This document shows, one piece after another, positions 1 to 12,455 of a stretch of DNA of 64,000 nucleotides (its first letter is position 1; the number at the start of each line of letters is the position of its first letter). The stretch lies in assembly GCA_963514005.1 (NCBI GenBank), contig OY740811.1, positions 33,108,001 through 33,172,000 on the forward strand, written 5' to 3'. A model generated the notes under the pieces. The model was given only the letters and a program-made list of their open reading frames with translations, was not told the origin of the DNA and ran no database searches. Made by a program: the position numbers and the translations under genes. The DNA is from Raja brachyura (Eukaryota).

Positions 1-48
1 ACTATGACATTGGGAGAACAATTCCTCCTCTGCCTACCTACTCGCGTT

Positions 49-136
49 AAACACAAAATGCTGGAGTAACTCAGCGGGTGAGGCAGCATCTCTGGAGAGA
101 AGGAATGGGCGATGTTTCGGGTCAAGACCCTTCAGA
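49..136. mobile_element. Penelope-derived short element (single arm) with 19-bp TSD
   Basis: family consensus ACACAAAATGCTGGAGTAACTCAGCGGG...GACCCTTCAG; flanks 30-48 and 137-155 match 18/19. Confidence 0.8.
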
Positions 137-245
137 CTGCCTACCTACTCGTGTTGTCAGATTACTGGAATGGTCATTATGTAGGACTTTCAAAGTTGCT
201 CTGATGCAAAAGCTTAAGTACGATTTGGTCTTGCACCAATTCACA

Positions 246-492
246 GGATGTATTCAAGAGAGAGTTAGATAAAGATCTTAGGGCTAACGGAATCAAGGGA
301 TATGGGGAGAAAGTAGAAACAGGGTACTGAATCTGGATGATCAGCCATGATCATATTGAATGGCGGTGTTGGTTCAAAGGGCCGAATGGCCTACTCCTGC
401 ACCTATTTTTCTATGTTTCTATCATATTGAATGGCGGTGCTGGTTCGAAGGGCCAAATGGCCTACTCCTGCACCTATTTTATATGTTTCTAT
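246..492 (+). mobile_element. CR1-type LINE 3' end with tandemly duplicated terminal ~70 bp
   Basis: GATCAGCCATGATCATATTGAATGGCGGTG...GAATGGCCTACTCCTGCACCTATT tail present twice (350-420, 421-490). Confidence 0.75.
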
Positions 493-1770
493 ACACATTT
501 ATAAGTTTTATATTTCTATTTTTATTTGCTTATTATACAAATAATAAACCTAATTGAAACTAATCAGCATGCTGGTCTAATTTGCATACCAGGTTAAAAC
601 TTCTGCAGTTGGATATACTGTACTCGTTGATGTTTTAAAAATCATATTTGCAACAAGCACGGATAAAAGCTGCAGAAATAGTTTTAAGCATTCTTATTTT
701 AAAACAGTGCTAATTAAAAATATACGCAATCATTATCATTATTCTCTCATATTTAGTTTGTGATGAATTATTGAAATGCACAGCCCAGTTAACATAGGAA
801 AAAATATTCTATTTGCACTGTAACCAGGCATCAGAAAATAATTTGCAGGACTATAATTCTAAGAGTTTTGAGCTAGAAATTTTGGAATCATTTTGCAAAT
901 TGACATAAATATACTAAAAGGTTTTGGGGAATACCTCGTGACTGAAAGAGTGCCGGGGAAATCAAGCATTCCATTTCGTGGATCACTGGCACAACAACAC
1001 GGAGGAACAGCACCATTATGGTGGCTGCTTCTGAAATGAGCTGGGAATGGGGTCGAATCAGCAAGATATGGGGTCATCAAATGTACATTAACCCAGCAAA
1101 TGAACTGAGCCTGATAGCCCCAGGGAAAATGATCGCATTAATAATATTTTGCAATCAAATGCAAGGGTACAGACTCTTGGTCAGAATTGCATTTCATGTA
1201 AAGTAAAGGATGTAAAATAATTTAATTTTTTAAGAGATCTCAGAAATGTGTGTGTAAAGCATTAAAGGAGAAATACAAATGAGAGCACATTAAGTATATG
1301 CACTTTATTCAAACCCACTTACTATAAGGAACTGCAGGCATAACTTAATGATATATGACAGCATTGTGATCAAGTCTAGGAATTTCTTATAGCAGATAAA
1401 TTACATCTGATGTTTTAGGAGCCTCGGACTATCTAATCTAAAAATCAAAAAGTTATGATCTGATTGAATGAAGCATCAAGTTTGAAGGGCAATGTTTTCC
1501 TATCCTGTCCTTAAGATCAAATACATTCCTAGTTTGTTATGATGCATGTGATGAGTCTATTTTGGAAATGGCTGAAACTCTTGCCAAAGGTTAGTTTGCT
1601 GGGAAGTGCCGGTAAGTAGGGCGATTAGCATGTTCTGTTACACATATCTATTCAGCATTGAGCTACGTAACACATTTCCAGGTTGTGGCAACATTTTGAA
1701 GAGTTGTGTTTGTAACACTTGAATTGTGTTATGGATGCATGGGCAATAGTAATTGCCAAGAGTGATTTAC

Positions 1771-1894
1771 CTCTGAAAAGTTATCAATGCGGAAGGGTGG
1801 TGGCAGCTGTTCAGAGTTACTGAATGCAATGTGATACGTTGCTCCTTTAAGGGTGATTTCTACCCGGAGGAGGTGACAATTACCTTGGGTATCC
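1771..1894 (-). CDS. VPS13D: VPS13D exon (~ex53) DTQGNCHLLRVEITLKGATY...PPPFRIDNFSE
   Basis: tttgcAG|G, GAG|GTAAAT; 124 nt. Confidence 0.95.
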
Positions 1895-3377
1895 CTGCAA
1901 AACAAAACGTAGTTGAATGATGCCTTCAAAGTTAAAATCACCAGCCTGCTCCTTGCTCAATTTCCCTGCTTACCACTGCATCTCTCTGGTATTTTCAATA
2001 TTCTGTAGTAATTTCCCCACAAATCTATATTTTAATACTCAGTGGACAGTGACATTGACTTGGACAGTTAATCATGAAGTTGATTTCCAACAGGGATTGT
2101 ATTCTGACGTATGGAAAATTCCCTCGGGAATTGCTACAAAAAGCTCAAGAATGGAAATTTTCCACTGCTTGCTCTCTGGACACCGAGGCAAATTGTGCCT
2201 CATTTATTTAAACAGCACCTAGAACTTCAGTGGTGCAGCATTGGATTGGAAATCAAAGACTTGTCTGAACCCCAGAATACAATATGTCGTGAAGCCAATG
2301 GGGAGACGAGTGCTGCAACAGCTAAAACATGTGAAGCATAATAAGCCTTGACTTTTGCACATGAACATTTCATCTAGACTTCTGAACTGATTTCAGAATT
2401 ATCACAATAAGAGCAGGCAAAATGGCAAAGATTTAACCAGTATGTGGGGGAGAAAATCTAACAGATATTGAAAAGCCCAGGTTTGCTAAATAGTTAACAT
2501 GGAAAAAGGCTCATATTTGGCTGTTGGCCTCTTAAACCTAAACATGTTTATTTTAAAACTCTACAAAAATTTGGCTCATGTGCTCCACTATTTTGGTCAC
2601 TGGGATTTAATCCCACTGTTCAATCTAGCAACAAAAAAAAGCATTTTAAAATCCCCCAGCATTCTAAAAATCAAAATTATAACACAAAAGGAAAACTAAA
2701 CACACATAAAAGTAGATTTTAGATTTTAGCAAAATCAAATCATGGAGAAAATCCCTTCCGAACGAAAGGCATTGCACTAAGCCAGTTGACACAAACTGCA
2801 GCATGTTCTTAAATATCCGTAAAATCAATGAAAGGAATGACTAACTTTTCGCAAACTGCCAGTAACTCTACCATTCCACCAGGGGTTTTGGCAGGAACTA
2901 AGACGCTCAAGCTCTCCAGTGACGGATGTGATATTAAAGATCCAACACACTGAAGCGAGGTGAAGAGACTAAAAGAGTCTTCATCATTCCAACAGATTAC
3001 CAATGTGGAGACATGAGAGTGCAGATGCTGAAATCTTGAGCAAGAAAAATAGTGCTGACGGAACTCAGTGGGTCCGGCAGCATCTATGAAGGGAATGGAC
3101 AGATGAATGGATGGATGTCACGACCCTTCTTCAGACGGAGCTGGCCCATATTATTGGTAACGCACAGATTTTTATACCATGTTCATAACTTCTGTAAAGG
3201 GGACCCAAGTGCCTTAAAAAGGAAGTGTGCAACATAAGTAGCTTAGATCAAGGCCATCCTGCTCTTTTACTGATAGCACAACTCACCAATTTCTAACTGT
3301 CAACAATATCCTTGTTAAGCTGTGAATGACCCTGACTTCAGCTACCTCATCTCATTTCTCCAGAATACAATTCTCAC

Positions 3378-3553
3378 CTCATGTTGATGTGGAAGGAACT
3401 GTTCTTGTTCACCTCAAACCCCCCAGACCAAGTACAGTTGGAAACATCCATTAGGCGTACACATAGCAACTGATCATAATCATTCCTTGGCCAATGGAAC
3501 ACTACACTAGCTCCGGGTAGAGTTGAAATATAACCATCTGGATTTTGAGTGCC
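3378..3553 (-). CDS. VPS13D: VPS13D exon (~ex52) GTQNPDGYISTLPGASVVFHWPRND...SFHINM
   Basis: ttttcAG|GGC, AG|GTGAGA; 176 nt. Confidence 0.95.
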
Positions 3554-5018
3554 CTGAAAAAGAAAGTTTACATTCATTGTTGTGTCAAAAGTCAAAGCGA
3601 TTTATTGTCAGGACAATGATGTCGAAGGAAGGAATGAAAGAAGATTAGGTAGAAAAAATTATATTTATGTTTTTTTTTAAATGGGGTTTCATCAAATGCT
3701 TCAATTCTAATAAAATACTTGTGAAATGAAAATTCTTGGTTTAAAATCCAATTAGGAGACAAAATATATCGACTGGTGGTGCAGGTGAAAAATGTAATTA
3801 CTTAAGCAGTTAAGTGTCATGTTAGTTGTACTACATCCCTGTTCTTAATTAATGAGAATGACTTTTGTTATGATATCTATAGCTGGCATAATCATATGAA
3901 AGCAGGGTATTCTGAAGCTAATTTGTTCAAAGCAAAGTCCCAGAAATCACTAAAGAGATGAAACTGGTGGAATTCAATGAAATATCCATTGGGTGTACAC
4001 ATAGCAAGTGTGTGCCCTTAGCTCCATCTGCCTGATCAGACTTTGCTAATCTATTACGGAGAAGCTTTAACAGTATTATTCTCTTACCACCTTGTTGAAG
4101 TGTTGGGCAAGAAGTATTCAAATTTCAGATCGAAACCCAAGTCACAATTTATGTGGCGAGGATTATGAAATGGAATATATTTATAAACACTATTCAGCCA
4201 CTGGACTGATCCTTAGCGGAAAGTATGACGCTGTTGCTAAAGAGGGAAGAAATTGAGGTTTTTAAATTTACAAAAAAGGCGAATTGAAAGGAGAATTGAG
4301 AATAAGAGGAACATTGCGAAAACTAAACAATGGTAGGACAAATGACACAGATTAGGACTGACATCTGCAAATTCACATAAACACTGACAAACAGATAGAA
4401 TATTCTTCCAGGCAATGGAGGTGCATTTGAATGTCATGAGAACAGGACTGTAGCATCTTTCCTAATGGATGAACTGAAATGAGCTGAATAGCTCTTCTTA
4501 TCTGCATCCATCTTGTACTGACACAGGCGTACATAGCAAAGCAGTTGGGGGAGAGAACCAAGTAGCGCATTGAAAGTGCAATATTCATACAATAGATAAA
4601 CGTTTTAGAAAGGATAAAAAGCAGTTCTACAATATCACTGATGGGCTAAATTGATAACCAATTAAAAGCTACTAACAATGTATAACACTGATGAAATGAG
4701 CTCATCATATTACATCAACTGTTCCAGCAAGCCTGCCCTGGGTCTGCCCAACTTATTCATGCTGCTGTTTCTGCATCACTACAGCTTGCAAACTTCTGTA
4801 CGCAAAGCTTTTGTGGAAATGTCCCTACCCACTATCAAATTATTTTCTCATCTATTTTAAGAGAAGGCCTAATGCAGTACCGGCAGGAATTCATCAAGTT
4901 TGCTCATGTGAAATAAAATATTTGCAGTAAGTTCCAAGTTTCTGCTGCATTTCACATTCCTTTCTAAAATACAATTTAATGTGTCATGTCTTCACAGCAT
5001 CAGAAAGCGCAAGCCTAC

Positions 5019-5149
5019 CAGGCCTCGGGCAAACTCCCGTTGGGCGAAAGCCAGTTTGTGAGAGGATTTGTTGTCCAGTAGGTATCTGGGTGCAAAAGTT
5101 ACAATGTTGGTATCTCTGTAACGGCCTCTACCCTTCCGGATATCAATTC
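5019..5149 (-). CDS. VPS13D: VPS13D exon (~ex51) GIDIRKGRGRYRDTNIVTFAPRY...EFARGL
   Basis: gtttcAG|GA, CTG|GTAGGC; 131 nt. Confidence 0.94.
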
Positions 5150-5209
5150 CTGAAACAGAAAAATAAAAGCATTTAGAAACAACAAACTTTGATGCTGTCT
5201 TACGCAAAA

Positions 5210-5823
5210 GGACACAAAGTGCTGGAGTAACTCAGCGGGTCAGGCAGCATCTCTGGAGAACATGGATAGGTGACGTTTCACAGAGTGCTGGAGTAACTCA
5301 GCGGGTCAGGCAGCATCTGTGAAGGGAAGGAATGGGTGACGTTTCGGCTCGAGACCCTTTGGGTCTCGGCCCGAAACGTCACCCATTCCTTCTCTCCTTA
5401 AATAAGTGAATTTTCAAATGGTGCCAATTACTAAGGGTGCGAATTATCTGATATTATGGTATTCTGGAGAGAAGGAATGGGTGACGTTTCACAGAGTGCT
5501 GGAGTAACTCAGCGGGTCAGGCAGCATCTGTGGAGAACATGGATAGGTGATGTTTCACACAGTGCTGGAATAACTCAGCGAGTCAGGCAGCAACTGTGGA
5601 GAATATGGATAGGTGACGTTTCACAGTATGCTGGTGTAACTCAGCAGCTTAAGCAGCATCTGTGGAGAACATGGATAGGTGATGTTTCGGTTTCGGACAC
5701 TTCTTCAGAAGGGGTTCGGGTCAGGACCATTCTTTAGCATATTTTCTGATGAAAGGCCCTGATCCGAAATTCCACTTATCCATGTTTGCTGGACCTGCTG
5801 AGTTACTCCAGCACTTTGTGTCC
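5210..5823. repeat. cluster of Penelope-derived elements including 66-bp tandem units and a fold-back
   Basis: GCTGG(A/T)(G/A)TAACTCAGC recurs at 5221, 5287 and at 5498, 5564, 5630 (66-bp period); inverted copies at ~5361-5396 and ~5746-5823. Confidence 0.85.
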
Positions 5824-6010
5824 TTTAATATAAAAGCATGTTTGGAGAGACCCAGTAATCTAAAGCAGGAGTAGAGGGATAAAAACATTATTGTTGGCAC
5901 TGGACAAAATCTGTTAACAGCTGTGCTTTTGCAATGATGGAAGAGGATTCTATTCATCAACACCTGAACATATCTCAATGAAGTCAGTAACACAGTTTAT
6001 GCAGCCTTAC

Positions 6011-6153
6011 CAATACTGTAAATAAGTCCTGGTCTGTTCCCATGTTGAATCACTTTCACGGCTCGGACACCGCTGCCCCCATCTGGGGAGAACTCCTGAC
6101 ACCATCCAGGTACTGCATCTGGGTGGATCCCCTTTCCAATCCTCATGGTACAC
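6011..6153 (-). CDS. VPS13D: VPS13D exon (~ex50) CTMRIGKGIHPDAVPGWCQEFS...PGLIYSI
   Basis: tttgcAG|G, G|GTAAGG; 143 nt. Confidence 0.94.
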
Positions 6154-7202
6154 CTGCAAAGATCATCAGAAATGTGAACAATGTTGGTGTGTCTTGGTTA
6201 ACATTTGATCAATTTGCCTCCTGAGACAAATAGTTCTATCATATCGTACAGTTACACAGCTAAAAGTGACGCGGGGACCCAGGAGATCGCCGATGTGGGA
6301 ATGTTGTACAAAAAACAAACTGAAGGCGGATATACGGGTCACGAGGCATCTGTGGAAGAAGATGGACAGACGACGTTTCCAATCGAGACCCTTCTTCGAA
6401 CCTAGGATAGAGATAGCTGGTGGAAAAAAGTAAGCGTTGATCCTTGCAGCTCATGGATAAAATAATGTGTAGAAATCAAGTAATAACTCAAAATTTTCCT
6501 TTCATCAAATGGCTGTTAACAATCTTTACATTAGGTCATGAGGTCTTTACAATGACTCAGTGATAATAATTAAAGTGTAATGCTCCACAAAGGGTATTTA
6601 GTAATTACATTAAATCTACATTATAGAACGTGTTTATTGTTTCAGGATGGGTGAAAGATGCTGAGGGTGGGGAAAATAAATAAAGATGGGGATCAGCAGG
6701 TAGAATGAGTGAGATACAGGAGGTGGCAACTTACGCACAAAGGAATTGAGGATGTCACTTTAAGAAACAAACTGACTGCAAATCAGTTAAATTGCAAAGA
6801 GAAATTGAAAACGTAAAGGACTGGTCTCATTAGAGAATGAGTTTAAGTAGTGAAGACAAAACAGAAAATCAGTGAGTCAGGCAGCAACTGTAGAAAATGA
6901 AACAGTTAACGTTTTAGGTCAAGAAGATTTCAGCATAACTGCGAAAGAGTGAAAATAAGGTAGTTTTAAGATCTAGATTTACGGTTCACTTAAGCAGACA
7001 TGTACATTTCATACTGATTTAAGCGTGACTCAAATAATTTTGAAAACATTATAATTCCTGGCATCTTAAAAATTAAAGCTAGGCCTTAACAAAGGTGAAA
7101 GGATGGATGTATCCTGTCCTATAGGAACAGCTGACACTGGAGAATAGTCACATGGAGGATAGAAAATAAAGCTGGGAGTGTAGCGTTACATGTATCACTC
7201 AC

Positions 7203-7329
7203 ATGTTGGGTTGCTCTTTGTCTGCAAAGCTGAACAGGAGGGGGCTGAGGCTTCGTGCCAGCTCGTGCTCCTCAAATTGTCCTGCTGCATCAGCCTTTGC
7301 ATTGTCCTGCCGAAAAATCAGAGGCAAGC
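7203..7329 (-). CDS. VPS13D: VPS13D exon (~ex49) GLPLIFRQDNAKADAAGQFEEHELARSLSPLLF...EQPN
   Basis: gccacAG|GC, AT|GTGAGT; 127 nt; preceded by a 115-nt intron. Confidence 0.94.
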
Positions 7330-7444
7330 CTGTGGCAAGATGGGAATGAAACAAAAATCTTCAGAGGGTTCATCTCTGCATACCACTGGCAGCATTGCAA
7401 TGTGCCCACTTATTTTTACTCTGGAATTTGAACCCTTTTCTTAC

Positions 7445-7636
7445 CCGTCTTATTGAGGAGCCAGTAAGGGGCAGAAATAAGTATCTTCAGGGAACCTTCA
7501 GCTCTGCACACAATCCGAATGCTCAGATTCAACAGGCTCTTATTGGTGTCATAGAGTCGCATGTGAACATGATAATTAGTGGTCCCTGCTGGGATCAGTA
7601 GCTCCTTGCACATGGGGAAGTTTTCAAGTGTTATGC
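7445..7636 (-). CDS. VPS13D: VPS13D exon (~ex48) GITLENFPMCKELLIP...SAPYWLLNKT
   Basis: ttttgtcAG|GC, G|GTAAGA; 192 nt. Confidence 0.95.
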
Positions 7637-8068
7637 CTGACAAAAAAAAAGATTTAAAGCATTCTGAAAATAAGAATTTATTTTGCATTTAAATGGCTTA
7701 TATGATGTTAGAACAGAAATGCTGTTTTCGTTTCAGATTTACAGCATTACATTTTTTTTTGATTAAATGAAGCATGATGACATCAAGTAACAAGGAACAT
7801 CACTATTCCTCACAGCAACCACTTCTGGGATTTGTGTTTAATTTAATTTTAGTGGTAAAGTTTCAGAGCACTTGTGCTTCTATTAGAGTAAGCGAGAGAA
7901 CATATATGTGTGTTTCCAAACACACGTGAATGGTATATTTAAACATCTTATCTTACAAAGTTTCCAAAACATGCTTGGGCAGAATATCATGTGTTGTGTA
8001 TTTTACTCTTTTGCAATTTGGAGATGTTGCCTGCATTGAACAGATGAAACGACCAGTCGGTGTCTTAC

Positions 8069-8316
8069 CCAGCTCGATGTTGTGAGACGTGTCAGCTGTG
8101 TGCAGTACCGCATCTTTCCCTCGTTTTAATGAGCCACTGATGGGGGTGCCTTTGACATAGTAGGACAGCTCACAGGGGAGGAGGTTTGTCAGAACAAGGG
8201 TGGGCAACAAGTAGATGGTGTGCCCTGGTTGCCGGTACACCTGCATTGCATTGCCAGACATTAAATTTAAGGGCAGGTAATCAGGGTAGTTCTCTTTCTT
8301 AACTGCCACACAGTAC
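8069..8316 (-). CDS. VPS13D: VPS13D exon (~ex47) YCVAVKKENYPDY...TSHNIEL
   Basis: within ORF 7953..8393; atccAG|G, G|GTAAGA; 248 nt. Confidence 0.95.
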
Positions 8317-8626
8317 CTGGATGAAATGACAACAATCACAGTGTCACATTTACATTCATATACTCCAATAACAGTGATCTGGAAAATCCACAATAATAAA
8401 CAGAAAGGTTTATTATTTCACCTTTTACTAATTTGCAGCTGCAAACTGAAAGACATATATTTTTAGAATTCAACAAATCTCTTTAAGATTTGATTTAAGT
8501 GCCCGGAGGCTGAGTGCAAATTTTCATAATTGCAGAAAAAGCAAGTGAATGAATGTCTTTAATCTGATTAGGTAAAACATTAGAAGGCTGCATGTCATAA
8601 ATATAATTGAAGACTGCATGTATAAA

Positions 8627-9270
8627 TAAGTTTACTTTATTGTCACGTGTACCGAGGTACAGTGAAACATCTTGAGGCTTCGGTCCGGGGGGCTTCCAGC
8701 CGCGGGCGTGGTGGGGACTTACCATCCGGTGCGGGATCCCTCACCGGGGATCCCTGGAGAAGAGCTCCGACCACCGGCCTACAATATCCTGAAGCCGTGG
8801 TCTCCGGTAGGGAAGCACCGATTCGGGACTTACCTTCCAGAAGAGAGGGCCTGTACATCTGGCCGCCCGCAGCGGCGACTGCGGAGGTTCATGGCCCCGA
8901 CCACGGGGGAACAATGGAGGAGGACTGACTGTACTTTGTGCCTTCCACCACAGTGAGGAATGCTGTGCTGGATGTTTGTGTTACATTTTATTGTGTATTG
9001 TGTGTTCTTTTTGATTGTACCGCTGCTGGCAAGTTAATTTCACTGCACTTTATTGTGTATGTGATGAATAAATCTGATTGATTGATTGAAAAGCTTTTGT
9101 TGCGTGCTAACCAGTCAGCGGAAGGACAATACATGATTACAATAGAACCATTCAGTGTACGGATACATGATAAGGGAATAACGTTTAGTGCAAAATAAAG
9201 CCCGTAAAGTCTGATCAAAGACATTCCGAGGGTCCCCAACTGAGGTAGATAGTTGTTTAGGACTGCTCGC
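8627..9270 (-). mobile_element. Rex1/Babar-type LINE 3' UTR fragment interrupted by a nested element
   Basis: reverse complement of the 3' UTR at ~15060-15277; split at CAGTGAAA|AGCTTTTG. Confidence 0.7.
8668..9086 (+). mobile_element. GC-rich non-autonomous retroposon with LINE-like 3' tail ending AATAAA-(TGAT)n
   Basis: CpG-rich body, tail motif AATTTCACTGCAC...TGTGATGAATAAA, microsatellite end, short TGAAA duplication. Confidence 0.6.
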
Positions 9271-9360
9271 TAGTTGCCCGATTTCAGCTGGCCCAAATAT
9301 CCAAATATCCACTATGATTCCCAGTGATAAATGCAGCAGATAAAGGAGCACACTGCTTAC

Positions 9361-9571
9361 CTGAAGGATCTATTGTCATCACAGTCTGACGAATGGCACT
9401 CCCGCTTGCTGCTGTTCACTTCTCCTACTTTTGCTACACTGGTCCAGTGGATGGGTGTTTTACAGAAAAACAAACCAAATCCATTTGGTCTTGCTTGTAG
9501 ACGCCAGGATGTCAGGTGTAAAGGGATCGCCAATGAGTCACCGGGCAGCACAGCTGGCAGCACCACCGGTT
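9361..9571 (-). CDS. VPS13D: VPS13D exon (~ex46) KPVVLPAVLPGDSLAIPLHLTSW...NRSF
   Basis: atttcAG|AA, AG|GTAAGC; 211 nt. Confidence 0.95.
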
Positions 9572-10592
9572 CTGAAATTATTAAATTGGTTTCATTAGCA
9601 ATTGGCATAGTTTTGGCATAGATTTGAAAGAAATCAAAAAGTAAACCATCTTTGTAAAGTGAGAGTCACACAGGACACTGGCCCTTGTGTCCACCATGTC
9701 CATGTCATCAATTACTCATCTACATTAATCTCATTTACAAACGTCTGATGTGTGCCTTCTATGCCCTGGCACTTTAAAGTCCTCTCCTTAAAAGATGAGA
9801 GGACCCACACGATGTATTCTAGGCTCCAATGACATTATGGGCCGACTAGCCCAACAACCTTCCAAACGTTGACTACCTGATCTAGTTGCTGCCTGACCCA
9901 CTGAGTTCCTCCAGCTGCTTGTTTTTGTTTGCTCCAGATCCCAGCATCTGCAGTCTCTTGTGTCTCCATTTTACTGACAAACTTGGTTGCATCGGACAAT
10001 ATTCTGTTCACCTGCTGATGCTTTGCTTTGGCCCCACACGTTGACTTCCTGGTCTATTACTGCAGTTCAGCATTAGCTGTAATTGTGCAGAGGCTCAGGA
10101 ATCCTGCACAAAGGCTGACAACCTGAACTTCCACACTGCTAAAAGGTGGTGATTTCATGTTTAAACACCTCCTTTGGACCCCTGCAAGGGAGGGTAAACT
10201 TCTGCAGATTTCCCACCTGTTTTTCAATTCTACACAAATATCTTTTGAATATGGAAAGCACACAAGGTTGTAGCAAAAGTGGATGAATAAGCTTGGTAGA
10301 TGTAATGATCCTTTGTAGAAATTGCCTTATTTTCCCAATTTTATGCCTTGTTGGGTCAAGGAAAGAGCGTTCACGTAGCGACCCTGTTTCCACCAATCTT
10401 TCCACCACCACGCACAAGAAGCACAAGACAGACACCATTGTATGCAGATGCCCGAGAAGTGTGTTCAGCTCTGGCTGAACAACTTCTAATCTTGTGTGTG
10501 GAATTGATAAGAAGAAGAAGTAGTACTGTTGAAATGCAGATGGATTTCCACAGAAAGATCTCAACTTAATGCTGCATGGATTAATGACTTAC

Positions 10593-10743
10593 TGTCTGGA
10601 GCAGATGGACTATCCAATCTCAGTTCCATGGGTACCTCCAGTTTGTTTTTCACTATCAGTGCTGAACGGACTGTTATCACTTTCCTTGCGCTTCCCTCAA
10701 GAGTCACAGAGAATACAACCCGGACAGGGGGAAGAGCCGAGAA
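10593..10743 (-). CDS. VPS13D: VPS13D exon (~ex45) FSALPPVRVVFSVTLEGSARK...DSPSAPD
   Basis: cttgcAG|TTC, A|GTAAGT; 151 nt. Confidence 0.95.
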
Positions 10744-10887
10744 CTGCAAGGTAAGAGAGCAGTGAAATACTTTATTTGTAAAGGATCATGTGTAACACAA
10801 TATTAATAAACGATCAAAGCTATCTGTGCAACGGTAAAATATACAAGTTTATCTGCAGTACTCCCTTAAGTACAAAAAAACGAGGTA

Positions 10888-11119
10888 AGGGCCTGTCCCA
10901 CTTGCCGATTTTTTTGGCGACTGCCGGCATCATTGATTGACGTATCAGGTCACCGAAAAAGTCGTGGCGTGATGACGTATTGACGCACGGTGTTTCAAGT
11001 GTCGCAACATTTTTTTGTTGTCGCTGGATTTTGAAATGTTCAAAATCTTTCGGCGACCCTGATAAGTCAGTCCATGACGCCGGCAGTCACCGAAAAAAAT
11101 CACCAGTGGGACAGGCCCT
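10888..11119. mobile_element. PIF/Harbinger-type MITE
   Basis: TIR AGGGCCTGTCCCACT / AGTGGGACAGGCCCT; subterminal GGCGAC/GTCGC repeats. Confidence 0.8.
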
Positions 11120-11266
11120 ATACAGATTAGTTTGTCCATTACACCGTAAATTAAATTCCTTGATCACATGAAGCTCACAGTAAGCAATATGCATAAATAT
11201 ACATAAAACAAGGAAAATAAAGGCGAGTGGAAAAGTCTATATTCTGGATATTAAATTCTTAATCTA

Positions 11267-11436
11267 TGTGCAAGAAAGAACTGCAGATGCTGGTTTAAAT
11301 CGAAGGTAGACAAAAAATGCTGGAGTAACTCAGCGGGTGAGGCAGCATCTCTGGAGAGAAGGAATGGGCGATGCCTATTCCTTCTCTTCAGCGACGCTGC
11401 CTCACCCGCTGAGTTACTCCAGCATTTTTTGCCTAC
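11267..11436. mobile_element. Penelope-derived fold-back element with 14-bp TSD
   Basis: inverted arms; flanks AAATTCTTAATCTA 11253-11266 and AAACTCTTAATCTA 11437-11450. Confidence 0.8.
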
Positions 11437-12407
11437 AAACTCTTAATCTAGTTCCAATAGTCAGAAGAAAGGTCCGAGCCAAAATATCACCTATATATTC
11501 TCTCCAGATGCGGACCCGCTGAGTTAATCCAGCATTTTGTGTCTATCTTTGGTAAAAACAGCATGTGCTGCTCCTTTTTATTATATTATATTCCAATAGT
11601 GCACTTATTGTTAAAATCTCTAATAACTCAGTAAATGATTTGATACAATATTTTAAAATAGTCAAGCAGACCCGGCACTGATTGCTCACGAAGGGTTTAG
11701 ATTATCTCCTGAGCCTAGCACTGCGTATTCACATATATATTTGATAATGTTAGACTCATGACCTGCCCAAACATACACATGGAATTGTTTTAATTACTAA
11801 TCATGTTGGCATGATTTAGAAAAATGCTTTATTGTTCTGAATGTAGATAAATATAGATAATGTGAAAACTGTGCCGTCTCATAGTGACAGAAAGATGCTG
11901 GTGGAAGGAGAAATATTGCCAAGACATCAGGAAAACTCTGTTTCTCTCTTAATTGTTCTACAGAAACTGTAGAACAAATATACAAAAGAGGAAACAATTT
12001 TAATTTTAAATATATCTTTTTAATGACACAATGCTTATGTATTGAGAACCCATCCAAAGCTCAGTCTGGAGTGTTTAAATTCTTGTGATCAGTGTGTTCT
12101 GGGGATCACACAAACTTGATTCAAGAAATAATATTACAAAACTGAATGAGGGAGAACTCTCATAACAAGGAAGAAGAAATGCAAAGGAATGTAAATGATG
12201 GAAACTATACATCATAATCATAAACAGCATAGTGACAACTGAAACATTCCTGCAATACAAATTTTTAAAAAATCAAATATCTGGAGATTTGGAAAAAATT
12301 ACATTAAAAAAAAAGTAATTCAGTACAAAATTATATCATAAAATAATTTGAAAAAGTAACATTAAATTTTTATGAGGGTTGTAATCAGAGAGTAAAAGAA
12401 TGCTTAC

Positions 12408-12455
12408 ATAAACATGTGGATGTATTATATTGGTCTTGCTAATGGGACTTCCAAC
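12408..12455 (-). CDS. VPS13D: VPS13D 48-nt exon (~ex44) VGSPISKTNIIHPHVY
   Basis: gccgcAG|GTT, TAT|GTAAGC; phase 0/0; matches human IGSPSSRTNIIHPQVY as recalled. Confidence 0.9.

Noticed and set aside
5456-5737. ORF with 22-aa repeats; also considered as a CRISPR-like array
   Set aside because: By-product of a 66-bp tandem repeat. There are no unique spacers or cas genes, and the context is a vertebrate intron.
8643-8956. Overlapping GC-rich ORFs or a CpG-island promoter
   Set aside because: They lie wholly inside an inserted retroposon; open frames reflect GC content.
10139-10564. 141-aa minus-strand ORF as an extra VPS13D exon
   Set aside because: The flanking exons 10593-10743 and 9361-9571 join in phase and match the known protein without it.
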